From Bacteroidota bacterium (GTDB lineage Bacteria; Bacteroidota; Bacteroidia; Bacteroidales; VadinHA17), in contig JADFUQ010000311.1 in NCBI GenBank assembly GCA_015222065.1, positions 1-54,939 of the forward strand: a stretch of DNA of 54,939 bases, in the 5' to 3' direction. Positions 16,702 to 25,514 of the stretch are shown here, one piece after another. The position numbers and the translations under genes are program-made. Numbering within the stretch: position 1 is the first letter of the stretch; each line of letters starts with the position of its first letter. The notes under the pieces are model-generated. The model was not told the DNA's origin. It ran no database searches and was given only the letters and a program-made list of their open reading frames with translations.

Positions 16702-17742
16702 TTATATAGAGGAGTGAAACTGACTGAGAAAACGGACATCATTTTCAAAGTATAAACGAAGATCGTTCACTTTATACTTAAGTTGGGCAATTCTTTCAAC
16801 CCCCATACCAAAAGCAAAACCGGTATATTTCTTACTGTCTATGTTGCAATTCTCTAAAACATTGGGGTCAACCATTCCACAACCAAGAATCTCAACCCAA
16901 CCGGTATGTTTACAGACAGCACAACCCTTGCCACCACATATTAGGCATGAAACATCCATTTCTCCAGAGGGCTCCGTGAAGGGGAAGTAAGATGGTCTTA
17001 AACGGATTTTAATGTCTTGACCGAACATTTCCTTTGCGAAATAAAATAGTGTCTGTTTAAGATCAGCAAAAGAGACATTGGTGTCAATATATAAACCCTC
17101 AACCTGGTGAAAAATACAATGTGCCCTTGCACTTATTGCTTCATTGCGAAAAACCCTGCCGGGAGAAATTGTCCTGATTGGTGGTTTTGAATTTTCCATA
17201 TCCCTGACCTGAACAGATGAAGTGTGAGTTCGAAGTAATATATCAAGATTTTTACTGTTTTCAAATTCTTCTTTTTCTATAAAAAAAGTGTCCTGCATAT
17301 CACGGGCCGGATGTTCGGGGGGAAAATTTAATTTTGAAAAAACATGGTTATCATCTTCAATTTCAGGACCTTCGGAAATTATAAAACCAATACGGGTAAA
17401 AATATATACTATATTATTTCTTACAATAGATATGGGATGACGGGAACCAAAAGAAAAAGAATCTCCGGGAAGAGTTAAATCGGTATTTGATACTGAATAG
17501 GATTTTTGCTCAAGGATAGTCTTGAAGTAACTGACCTTTTCAATAGTTAAATTTTTAAGATCGTTTATAAGTTTTCCGTATTCACGTTTTTGATCAGCAG
17601 AAACAGATGAAAAATCAGAAAAGAGAAGAGAAAGAAAACCTTTTTTCCCGAGAAACCGAACCCTGAAATTTTCAAGATCATTAATATTATCAGTAGTAAA
17701 ACTATTAACCTCTGATTTTAATTTGTTTATTCTTTCCAGCAT
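16702..17742 (-). CDS. pheS: phenylalanine--tRNA ligase alpha subunit
   Basis: 346 aa. HPARDMQDTF, FRNEA and GFAFGMGVERIA are class II aaRS PheS motifs. Confidence 0.95.
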   Translation of the reverse strand: MLERINKLKSEVNSFTTDNINDLENFRVRFLGKKGFLSLLFSDFSSVSADQKREYGKLINDLKNLTIEKVSYFKTILEQKSYSVSNTDLTLPGDSFSFGSRHPISIVRNNIVYIFTRIGFIISEGPEIEDDNHVFSKLNFPPEHPARDMQDTFFIEKEEFENSKNLDILLRTHTSSVQVRDMENSKPPIRTISPGRVFRNEAISARAHCIFHQVEGLYIDTNVSFADLKQTLFYFAKEMFGQDIKIRLRPSYFPFTEPSGEMDVSCLICGGKGCAVCKHTGWVEILGCGMVDPNVLENCNIDSKKYTGFAFGMGVERIAQLKYKVNDLRLYFENDVRFLSQFHSSI

Positions 17743-17779
17743 GATTTATGGATATAAATAGAAAAAGTGTTAAAGAAAA

Positions 17780-18610
17780 TTAAAACCAGGAACGAGACAA
17801 CTTCATCTTATTAATAAAAACATCTGTCAATGGTTTGTCACTGTCAGAAGTTTTTACACCGGTAATTTTGTCTATAATTTCATTACCTTCCACAACCTCA
17901 CCGAAAACAGTATAAGAACCATCAAGATGTGGTGTACCGCCAAGAGATTTATAAACATTCCTGTGTTCGGGAGGGATAGAGAAAACGGGTAAATTTTTAA
18001 TGTCTTTTTGAAGATGAAGAGTCGCTTCCTGTTGAATTTTCGCGTAATCAATTGCCTCCTCATTAGCAAAAGCCTTTTCTTTTTCTTCATTGATGTATTT
18101 AAAGAATAAAGCTTGTTTATTTTGATCGTTAATGCGCTGCTCAATTTGATAAAGCTTAGCATCGGTAAAAATTTCACCTTGAACAATATAAAATTGTGAG
18201 CCGGAAGATTTTTTTTCAGGATTAATATCATCACCTTCACGGGCTGCAGCAATAACCCCTTTTTTATGAAATAGTGAAGGATTAAATTCAGCAGGAATTG
18301 TATATCCGGGACCATGGTTCTTCTTTTCTTCCGGGGTAGAATTAGTCCTGGTAGCAGGATCGCCTGCCTGTATCATGAAATGGTTAATAACCCTGTGGAA
18401 CAATTGACCGTTATAATAACCTTCTTTAACAAGTTTAATAAAATTATCACGATGTAAAGGAGTTTCATTATAAAGCTTTACCTTGATAGTGCCCAAAGTT
18501 GTTTCAATAATAATAATTTTTTCTTTTGATTTATTGAGGGAAAAAGAACAGGAAATGGAAAAAAAGAGAAGGGCAGAAAATATTAAAAAACCTAATATAA
18601 ATCTTTTCAT
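17780..18610 (-). CDS. cyclophilin-type peptidyl-prolyl cis-trans isomerase (lipoprotein)
   Basis: 276 aa. Signal/lipobox FFSISC, FHRVINHFMIQAGDP, and a cyclophilin fold carrying an inserted segment. Confidence 0.85.
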   Translation of the reverse strand: MKRFILGFLIFSALLFFSISCSFSLNKSKEKIIIIETTLGTIKVKLYNETPLHRDNFIKLVKEGYYNGQLFHRVINHFMIQAGDPATRTNSTPEEKKNHGPGYTIPAEFNPSLFHKKGVIAAAREGDDINPEKKSSGSQFYIVQGEIFTDAKLYQIEQRINDQNKQALFFKYINEEKEKAFANEEAIDYAKIQQEATLHLQKDIKNLPVFSIPPEHRNVYKSLGGTPHLDGSYTVFGEVVEGNEIIDKITGVKTSDSDKPLTDVFINKMKLSRSWF

Positions 18611-18636
18611 TATTTTTAAAGTTTCTATTAACAGAG

Positions 18637-18644
18637 CAAAATTA
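18637..18644 (-). promoter_or_regulatory. Bacteroidota-type -7 box (TAnnTTTG) on minus strand
   Basis: Minus strand TAATTTTG lies 27 nt upstream of the PPIase start codon. Confidence 0.4.
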
Positions 18645-18674
18645 AGATATATTATTAATAATTAAGTTTTTATT

Positions 18675-20150
18675 TTGGAGCAAATACGCAAACTGGCCGG
18701 ACAAACTGCTATTTATGGTTTAGGGACAATTGTTCCCAGGTTTCTGAACTATGCTCTTCTAACGCCTTTTTATACAAGGATATTTGACACGGGAGAATAT
18801 GGCATAGTAACAGAGCTATATGCATATATGGTGGTTTTGCTGGTTATTCTGACCTATGGAATGGAGACAGGATATTTCAGATTTGCTTCAAAGGAAAATC
18901 AACCGGAAAAAGTTTATAGTACAGCCCTGGGATCTATACTGATGACATCTTCATTATTCATTTTGGCAATAATCCTGTTTAACCAGCAGATTGCTGATGT
19001 AATGAAATATTCTGATAATAAAGAATATATTTTGTTATTTTCATTGATAATATCAATAGATGCATGTACTGCAATCCCCTTTGCAAAACTAAGAAGAGAA
19101 GAAAGGGGTTTTAAATTTGCTTTGATAAAAATTATTAATGTTGTTGTAATTATTGGATTGGCATTATTTTTCTATGTGTTGGCTCCAAAAATATATTCGA
19201 AAGACCCAAATGGTATAATAAATTTGATCTATTCACCGGAGGTGGGCGTTGGTTATGTATTTATAGCAAATCTGGCGGGTAGTATAGTAACAATTATACT
19301 ACTGTTACCTGAAATTACAGGTATTAGAATAAGAATAGATAAGGTACTATGGAAAAAAATGATAAAATACAGCTATCCATTGCTAATTGCAGGATTGGCT
19401 GGAACAATAAATGATGTTGTGGATAAAATGGTTTTGAAACACCTGTTAACAGACCAAAATACAGCAATGAGTCAACTTGGTATATACGGTGCAAATTATA
19501 AAATTGGAGTAATAATGGCATTGTTTATACAAATGTTCCGGTATGCTTTTGAACCATTTGCTTTTGCAAATTCTAATGATAAAAATGCAAGAGAGATATA
19601 TGCTGTAGTAATGAAGTATTTCATATTGTTTGGATTGTTTATTTTCCTTGGGGTTATGTTTTATCTGGATGTTATTGTAAAATTATTACTGGGAAAGAAT
19701 TTTATAGTGAGCGAGGCACTGAAAGTGGTACCAATAATTTTAATAGGGTATTTACTTTATGGAGTTTTCGTAAATCTTTCAGTATGGTATAAGGTAAATG
19801 AACTAACAAAATATGGTGCAATTATTACTGGAGTTGGTGCATTAATTACGGTGGTTATAAATGTAAGCCTGGTGCCTGTTTTTGGATACCATGCTTCTGC
19901 ATGGGCACATATTGTATGTTATCTGACAATGGTTATAATGTCTTATTATATTGGTAGAAGATTTTATAAAATACCTTATGAAACAGTTAGAATTATAATA
20001 TATTTTGTGTTTGGATTGGCACTGTATTGGATTTCTAAAATAGTAAAGACAGATATTGAAATTATTAATCTAATTATTAATACGGGGTTTTTAATATTGT
20101 TTGTTGTTGTTGTTTCATGGAAAGAAAAAATAAAATGGAAAGTAAGTTAA
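18675..20150 (+). CDS. oligosaccharide/polysaccharide flippase family (MOP/Wzx-like) membrane protein
   Basis: 491 aa and about 12-14 TM helices. The N-terminus LAGQTAIYGLGTIVPRFLNYALLTP is typical of this family. TTG start. Confidence 0.75.
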   Translation: MEQIRKLAGQTAIYGLGTIVPRFLNYALLTPFYTRIFDTGEYGIVTELYAYMVVLLVILTYGMETGYFRFASKENQPEKVYSTALGSILMTSSLFILAIILFNQQIADVMKYSDNKEYILLFSLIISIDACTAIPFAKLRREERGFKFALIKIINVVVIIGLALFFYVLAPKIYSKDPNGIINLIYSPEVGVGYVFIANLAGSIVTIILLLPEITGIRIRIDKVLWKKMIKYSYPLLIAGLAGTINDVVDKMVLKHLLTDQNTAMSQLGIYGANYKIGVIMALFIQMFRYAFEPFAFANSNDKNAREIYAVVMKYFILFGLFIFLGVMFYLDVIVKLLLGKNFIVSEALKVVPIILIGYLLYGVFVNLSVWYKVNELTKYGAIITGVGALITVVINVSLVPVFGYHASAWAHIVCYLTMVIMSYYIGRRFYKIPYETVRIIIYFVFGLALYWISKIVKTDIEIINLIINTGFLILFVVVVSWKEKIKWKVS

Positions 20151-20276
20151 GAAAGGAGGAGAAGAAGAGGTGAGAGGTGAGTGAAGAAGTAAGAAGTAGG
20201 GAGTAAAGAGGAGAAGAAGTCGAAGAGTCAAAGGATTAGAGGGTAGAAGAGGGAAGAGGAATGAAAAGAGGGGGTG
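20151..20276. repeat. C-poor word array (GAAGAAG/GGTGAG/GTAAGAAG words)
   Basis: 126 nt with only 2 C (20221, 20229). Confidence 0.85.
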
Positions 20277-20280
20277 CGAA

Positions 20281-20310
20281 CTCGTAACCCGTAACCCGAT
20301 ACTCGCAACA
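20281..20310. repeat. CGTAACC heptamer array
   Basis: ctcgtaacccgtaacccgatactcgcaaca. Related arrays at 23082-23114 and 35731-35748, and inverted at 15843-15870. Confidence 0.8.
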
Positions 20311-20382
20311 CATTAAACATATTAACGTTTAAGTATTCCAAACCCGAGGCACTGAATAGTAATTAATAATAAAACGAAACGA

Positions 20383-20817
20383 ATGATAATAAAAATAGTA
20401 AACATATCAAATAATAAATTACCGGCGTATAGTACGAAACTGTCAGCGGGAGTAGATCTAAGGGCAAATGTTTTAAAGAAGATTATTATTAAACCGCTTG
20501 AAAGGACTATGGTACCAACGGGTTTATTTATTGAGCTGCCGGATGGATATGAGGCACAAATTAGACCAAGAAGCGGATTAGCAATAAAGAAAGGAATTAC
20601 TGTATTGAATACACCAGGAACAATAGACGCTGATTACAGAGGGGAAATAATGATAATTCTTATTAACCTGTCAAATGAAAATGTGGAAATAAATAATGGA
20701 GAAAGAATATGCCAAATGGTTATTAACAGGCATGAGAAAGTAAGCTTTGAGGAAGTAAAAGTATTAAATATAACAAAGAGAGGAAAAGGCGGATTCGGAC
20801 ATACAGGAAGTAAGTAA
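20383..20817 (+). CDS. dut: dUTP diphosphatase
   Basis: 144 aa. [32 protein letters not shown]. Confidence 0.95.
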   Translation: MIIKIVNISNNKLPAYSTKLSAGVDLRANVLKKIIIKPLERTMVPTGLFIELPDGYEAQIRPRSGLAIKKGITVLNTPGTIDADYRGEIMIILINLSNENVEINNGERICQMVINRHEKVSFEEVKVLNITKRGKGGFGHTGSK

Positions 20818-20932
20818 AGATTAAATTATAAAGGAAAAATAGGTAACAAGACAATCGGCAATAAGCAGTCCACAGTCTAAAAGAAATTAAATAGCAATCA
20901 AAAAATTATAAATAGTAAAAATTACAAATGAC

Positions 20933-21142
20933 AAGCACCAAATAACAACTGATCCGCTGGCGGAGACCTCATGAACACCTTTGAAAATTAATTATTTTGT
21001 GAATAAATAAATTTCAAATGTCAAAGTTCAAAAAAAGAAAATAGAAAGAAGAAAAACAATATATTGGTAAATTCTATTTTGATTTTTTTTTTTTTGTTAA
21101 TTAGAATTTATTTGTTATTTGTTTATTGTTTTTTGGTGCTTT
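20933..21142. repeat. MITE-like structured intergenic element, copy B
   Basis: TIR aagcaccaaataacaa (20933-) / ttgttttttggtgctt (-21142). Core 20968-21010 matches 2161-2203. Contains a T13 run at 21083-21095. Confidence 0.65.
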
Positions 21143-21151
21143 AGTTCAAAA

Positions 21152-21159
21152 TATGTTTG
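21152..21159 (+). promoter_or_regulatory. Bacteroidota-type -7 box (TAnnTTTG)
   Basis: TATGTTTG lies 34 nt upstream of the ATG at 21193, just beyond the right TIR of the MITE-like element. Confidence 0.4.
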
Positions 21160-21192
21160 ATTTTATAGACAGATATTAAATAGTTAAGGAAA

Positions 21193-22950
21193 ATGAAAAG
21201 AGAAATGAAAATTGCGTTTGGATTATTGATTTTAACTGTTTTAATTACAGGATGCTTAAGAAAAGAGTATCCTAGAAAGACAAAGATAGATGAAAAAACA
21301 GTAAAGATTGAGGAAACAGATACAGAATATAAATATTTTTTCGCTGAAGGGATAAAGCAAAAAATGCTTGGAAATATAGGACAAGCAGCAAGATATTTTG
21401 AAAAGGCGATGAAGCTTAATAAAAAAAGCTCAGCTGCTTGTTATGAGTTATCAAGTATTTATACAATAACAGGAAACTATAACGAAGCAATTAAATATGC
21501 CAGAAGAGCAGAAAAACTGGACGAGAAGAATATTTGGTATAAATTACATCTTGCTAATTTATATCATATTACAAAAGAAGTTGATAGTACAATAGTGATA
21601 TATGAAAAAATACAAAATAAATTTCCTGATAGAAATGATTTGGCTTTTAATCTGAGTGAATTATATAAGGAAAAAGGAGAAAAGGAAAAAGCATTAAGAA
21701 TATATGAAAAATTGGAAGAAAGGATTGGGATAAGCAAACATTTGGGACTGGCGAAGGAGGATATTTATGAAAAAGAAGGAAAATTCGAATTGGCGAAAAA
21801 TGAATTGGATAAATTGTTGAGAGTATATGAAAATGATGTGAATATTATGGGTGTACTGGCCGAACTATATCATAATAACGGATATGATGATAAAGCAAAA
21901 GAGACATATGAAAAAATATTTAAGATTGAACCAGACAATTATAATGCAAAAGTTTCATTGTTAGGATATTATAGAAAAAAGAAAGAGTACACAAAAGTTT
22001 TTGAAATTGTAAGAGAAATTATAGAAAATAGTGAGATAAAAGTTAATGAGAAAGTACAAATGATGTTGTCTTTCATATCAAACCCCGTGGAAATAAGAAA
22101 CTATACAGCAAATATTGAAATATTTGTTAGAAAACTTGAAGATCAATACCCGGATGACCATAAAGTAAAAGCGATAGCAGCAGATTTGTGTATAAGGACA
22201 GGTAAATTGGAGGAAGCGAGAAATAAGCTAAAGTATATAATAGAAAAGGGTAAAGGGAATTTTGTTTTATGGGAGCAGTTTCTATTAATTGAAAATAGCA
22301 TGAGAAATTATTCAGAGCTTTATAAGGGAAGTGAGAGAGCAATTAAAATTTACCCGGAAAGTCCAATATTTTATTTATTAAAAGGAATTTCGGCTAGTGA
22401 GTTAAAGAAATATGAAGTATCAATTAAAGCACTGGAAGAAGGATTGAAATTCGTGAAAAACGACAATCAATTGAAAATACAGTTTTATTCAATAATAGGT
22501 GATAGTTACAAAAGTATGGGTTTGCAAAAGAAATCAGATGAAGCAATGGAAATGGCTCTGGAAATTGATTCTGAAAACACAATTGTATTGAATAATTATG
22601 CGTACTATTTATCAGAGAGGGGATGCCGGTTGAGAAAAGCCCTTAAAATGAGTGGTAAGTGTATAATAATTGAACCAAAAAATGCCACATATTTAGATAC
22701 ATATGGATGGATACTTTATAAAATGGGTAAAATAAATGAGGCAAAAGCATATTTGGAAAAAGCAATGAATAATGCAGGTGTAAATGATCCGGAAATAACA
22801 GAACATTATGGAGATATACTATATGAGATGAAAGAATATGTTAGAGCTGTTGAAACCTGGGAAGATGCAATTCTTTTGGGTGGAGAAAAGAAAAAAATTG
22901 AAAAGAAAATTAATGAAGCGAAACAGGAAAACAGCGAAAAGAAAAAGTAA
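21193..22950 (+). CDS. tetratricopeptide-repeat lipoprotein
   Basis: 585 aa. Lipoprotein signal (LLILTVLITGC) followed by multiple TPR-like repeats. Confidence 0.8.
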   Translation: MKREMKIAFGLLILTVLITGCLRKEYPRKTKIDEKTVKIEETDTEYKYFFAEGIKQKMLGNIGQAARYFEKAMKLNKKSSAACYELSSIYTITGNYNEAIKYARRAEKLDEKNIWYKLHLANLYHITKEVDSTIVIYEKIQNKFPDRNDLAFNLSELYKEKGEKEKALRIYEKLEERIGISKHLGLAKEDIYEKEGKFELAKNELDKLLRVYENDVNIMGVLAELYHNNGYDDKAKETYEKIFKIEPDNYNAKVSLLGYYRKKKEYTKVFEIVREIIENSEIKVNEKVQMMLSFISNPVEIRNYTANIEIFVRKLEDQYPDDHKVKAIAADLCIRTGKLEEARNKLKYIIEKGKGNFVLWEQFLLIENSMRNYSELYKGSERAIKIYPESPIFYLLKGISASELKKYEVSIKALEEGLKFVKNDNQLKIQFYSIIGDSYKSMGLQKKSDEAMEMALEIDSENTIVLNNYAYYLSERGCRLRKALKMSGKCIIIEPKNATYLDTYGWILYKMGKINEAKAYLEKAMNNAGVNDPEITEHYGDILYEMKEYVRAVETWEDAILLGGEKKKIEKKINEAKQENSEKKK

Positions 22951-22962
22951 CTAATCAGTACT

Positions 22963-23070
22963 TAAAGTGAAATAAAGGTGCGTAGGTGAGTAATGAGGAG
23001 GAGAAGAAGAGATGAGAGGTGAGTAAAGAAGTAAGAAGAAGAGGGAAGAATGAAGAGTTCAGAGCTCAAA
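22963..23070. repeat. C-poor word array
   Basis: taaagtgaaataaaggtgcgtaggtgagtaatgaggaggagaagaagagatgagaggtgagtaaagaagtaagaagaagagggaagaatgaagag... Confidence 0.8.
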
Positions 23071-23081
23071 GATATTAATTA

Positions 23082-23114
23082 GTAACCCGTAACCCGTAAC
23101 ACGAAACCCGTAAC
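23082..23114. repeat. CGTAACC heptamer array
   Basis: gtaacccgtaacccgtaacacgaaacccgtaac. Confidence 0.85.
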
Positions 23115-23191
23115 TTTTTGAAAGAATGTAAAATGTAGAATATAAAACAAGAGCAATTACCTCAACGGGGTACAGGTAAGCATAGTTAGAG

Positions 23192-23239
23192 CGCCGGAAC
23201 TAGCGTTTTTTACTAGTACCAGTAACGTTGAATCCGGCG
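23192..23239. other. GC-rich hairpin island in an AT-rich spacer
   Basis: CGCCGGA (23192-23198) pairs with TCCGGCG (23233-23239). Inner CGTT/AACG pair, and a loop carrying the ACTAGT palindrome. Confidence 0.5.
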
Positions 23240-23307
23240 TAAGAAACAGAGACTGAAAAAGTATGAAGCAAAAGCGGTGAGAGGCGAGTAGGTAAGTACG
23301 GTAAATA

Positions 23308-23387
23308 GTTTAGAATTTTAGCATTTTAGCAGTCTTGGCATTTTAAGCATTTTAGGCAATTTAAACTTTAAGCACTTTAGGCATTTC
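23308..23387. repeat. GCATTTTAG / GCACTTTAG word array
   Basis: tttagaattttagcattttagcagtcttggcattttaagcattttaggcaatttaaactttaagcactttaggcatttc. The same words occur at 10471-10496, 45700-45790 and (rc) 16511-16545. Confidence 0.8.
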
Positions 23388-23424
23388 TTTTATTAGGCAA
23401 TAAATAGTTAAAAGAATTAAAATT

Positions 23425-24243
23425 ATGAGGAAAGGGAAGAAAATATTCTTAATTATTTGTATGTGTTTAATATATACCGGGTTGCCAGGATGTAAAACTA
23501 CAAGAAAAAGTATTCGTTTATTTAATAAAAGAAATGCAGAAAGTGTAGAAAGAGTTAAAGAAAGTCTTATTAAAAAAAAGATTGATGTTAAATACATTTG
23601 GGTAAAAAGATATAATTGTGAGATAAGAGAAAATTGGAAAAGAAAAGATTTTTATGGAGATATAAAAATTGTAAAAGATGAAAGAATAGTGATAACTGTT
23701 AAAAGCGGAATAGGAATAGAAACGGCTAGAATATTGCTAACACAGGATTCTGTAAAAATTGTTGATAGAATGAATAAGGAGGTTTTTTGTGGAGGGTATG
23801 AACAAATGAAAAGATATTTTGGCTTGATTGATTGTTATAAAAGAGCTGAAGATTTATTGATAAGCAATAATTCGATGGTTATAGAGGAAATAGAGAATAA
23901 AAACGGAAAGAAATACGATATAAGAAACGGAGAGAATAATAATGAAATAATTATTTATGAAATCGGGGTCAAAAAGAGAAGAAATAAAAAGTTTACTATA
24001 GGAGTTAATAATTACAATATTATTGAGTACTTGGAAAAAGATGGAGAAATAGAAATGCTGAAAGTGACTTATTTAAAGTGGAGTGATATTGGTAAAATAA
24101 AATTTCCGAATGAGTTAAAAATAGAAGTGCATAAAAATAGTGAGAAAAGTATAGCAATAATAAAATATGAAAGAATTGAAATTAATGGAAAGATTAATAT
24201 CAAATTCAGAATACCCGATGGATATAAAGTGATAGACTTATGA
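23425..24243 (+). CDS. DUF4292-like (LolB-fold) lipoprotein
   Basis: 272 aa. Lipobox LPGC. Its position between the TPR protein and the M23 peptidase matches the conserved Bacteroidota cluster. Confidence 0.65.
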   Translation: MRKGKKIFLIICMCLIYTGLPGCKTTRKSIRLFNKRNAESVERVKESLIKKKIDVKYIWVKRYNCEIRENWKRKDFYGDIKIVKDERIVITVKSGIGIETARILLTQDSVKIVDRMNKEVFCGGYEQMKRYFGLIDCYKRAEDLLISNNSMVIEEIENKNGKKYDIRNGENNNEIIIYEIGVKKRRNKKFTIGVNNYNIIEYLEKDGEIEMLKVTYLKWSDIGKIKFPNELKIEVHKNSEKSIAIIKYERIEINGKINIKFRIPDGYKVIDL

Positions 24244-25448
24244 TTTGTAAAAAAGATAAAAAATATTGGGGTATAATATTGATAATGTGGATTTTAATGT
24301 TAGGGGGGGAATGTTTTGGCCAAACAAGAAAAGAGCTTGAAGAGGAAAGATCGAAGACAATGAGGGAGATAGAATTAACAAACATTATACTGGAAAAAAC
24401 CGAAAAATCAAGAAAGCAATCATTAAATCAGTTAATAATACTAAGACGAAGAATTGAAAAAAGGAACAAATATGTTAATACACTGGAAGAGGAAATAATT
24501 TTGGTTGATGGAAAGATTAAAGAAAATAACTGGGTAATGAATTCCCTGGAAAATGATTTAGAGAAAATAAAGAAAGAATATGAAAGAATAATAATTGGCA
24601 GCTATAAGAAATCTAAGAATCAGGATAATATTATATATATTTTAGCATCAAAAAATTATGGAGAGGCATACAGAAGAATAAAGTATTATAAGCAATTAGT
24701 AGCATATAGAAAAAAGCAAGCAAAGAAAATTATAGCAATAAACATAATTCTCGATCTAAAAGAAGTTGAATTGGAAGAAGAAAGAGATAAAAAGCAAGAT
24801 CTCTTAAGCATTAGGAAAACAGAAAAGGAAAAGCTGAATGTAGAAAAAGATAGAAAGAACAAGATGGTTATAAGCCTCGGGAAAAAGGAAAAAAAGCTTA
24901 GAAATGAGATAAAGACAAGGGAAAGAATTTCAAGAGAGCTGGAGAAAGAAATAACAAGAATAATTCAAGAAGAAAGAGAAAGAGAAAAAGGAAGAGGGAT
25001 TATGAAATTAACGCCGGAGGAAGAAAATATTGCAATAAATTTTTCAAGCAATAAAGGGAAACTTCCATGGCCGACGGAAAGAGGTATAATAATTGAAAAA
25101 TTTGGAGAGCATAAACACGCGGTTTTAAAAAACGTAAAAATAAACAATAACGGTATTGATATTGCGACGACTGAAAAGGCGGAAATTAGGGCAATATTTG
25201 AGGGAGAGGTAAGAAAAATAGTAGCAATAAAAGGAGCAAATAATACTGTATTGATAAAGCATGGTAATTTCTTTTCGGTATATCAGAATTTGGTTGAAGT
25301 AAATGTAAAAAAGGGGGAAAAAGTAAAAACAAAACAAAAAATTGGAATAGTTTATTCAAATAATGAATCAGAGAGAGACAATATAATTCATTTAGAAATA
25401 TGGGAAAACAATGTAAAGATGAATCCTGAGACTTGGATTGCAAAATAA
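24240..25448 (+). CDS. M23/LytM-domain peptidase with coiled-coil N-terminal region (EnvC-like murein hydrolase activator)
   Basis: 402 aa. Long coiled coil, then a LytM-type C-terminal domain (NNGIDIAT...IKHGNFFSVYQNL...HLEIW). 4-nt ATGA overlap with the upstream gene. Confidence 0.8.
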   Translation: MICKKDKKYWGIILIMWILMLGGECFGQTRKELEEERSKTMREIELTNIILEKTEKSRKQSLNQLIILRRRIEKRNKYVNTLEEEIILVDGKIKENNWVMNSLENDLEKIKKEYERIIIGSYKKSKNQDNIIYILASKNYGEAYRRIKYYKQLVAYRKKQAKKIIAINIILDLKEVELEEERDKKQDLLSIRKTEKEKLNVEKDRKNKMVISLGKKEKKLRNEIKTRERISRELEKEITRIIQEEREREKGRGIMKLTPEEENIAINFSSNKGKLPWPTERGIIIEKFGEHKHAVLKNVKINNNGIDIATTEKAEIRAIFEGEVRKIVAIKGANNTVLIKHGNFFSVYQNLVEVNVKKGEKVKTKQKIGIVYSNNESERDNIIHLEIWENNVKMNPETWIAK

Positions 25449-25514
25449 AATTGTAAATTGTAACCTGAAAAGGAAAAAGAAAGTATAAAGAAAAGAGGGA
25501 AAATAAAATATAAA

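Noticed and set aside
17872-18315. 147-aa same-strand alternative-frame ORF inside the PPIase gene
   Set aside because: It overlaps the cyclophilin CDS out of frame, and its sequence is Lys/Leu-rich and low-complexity.
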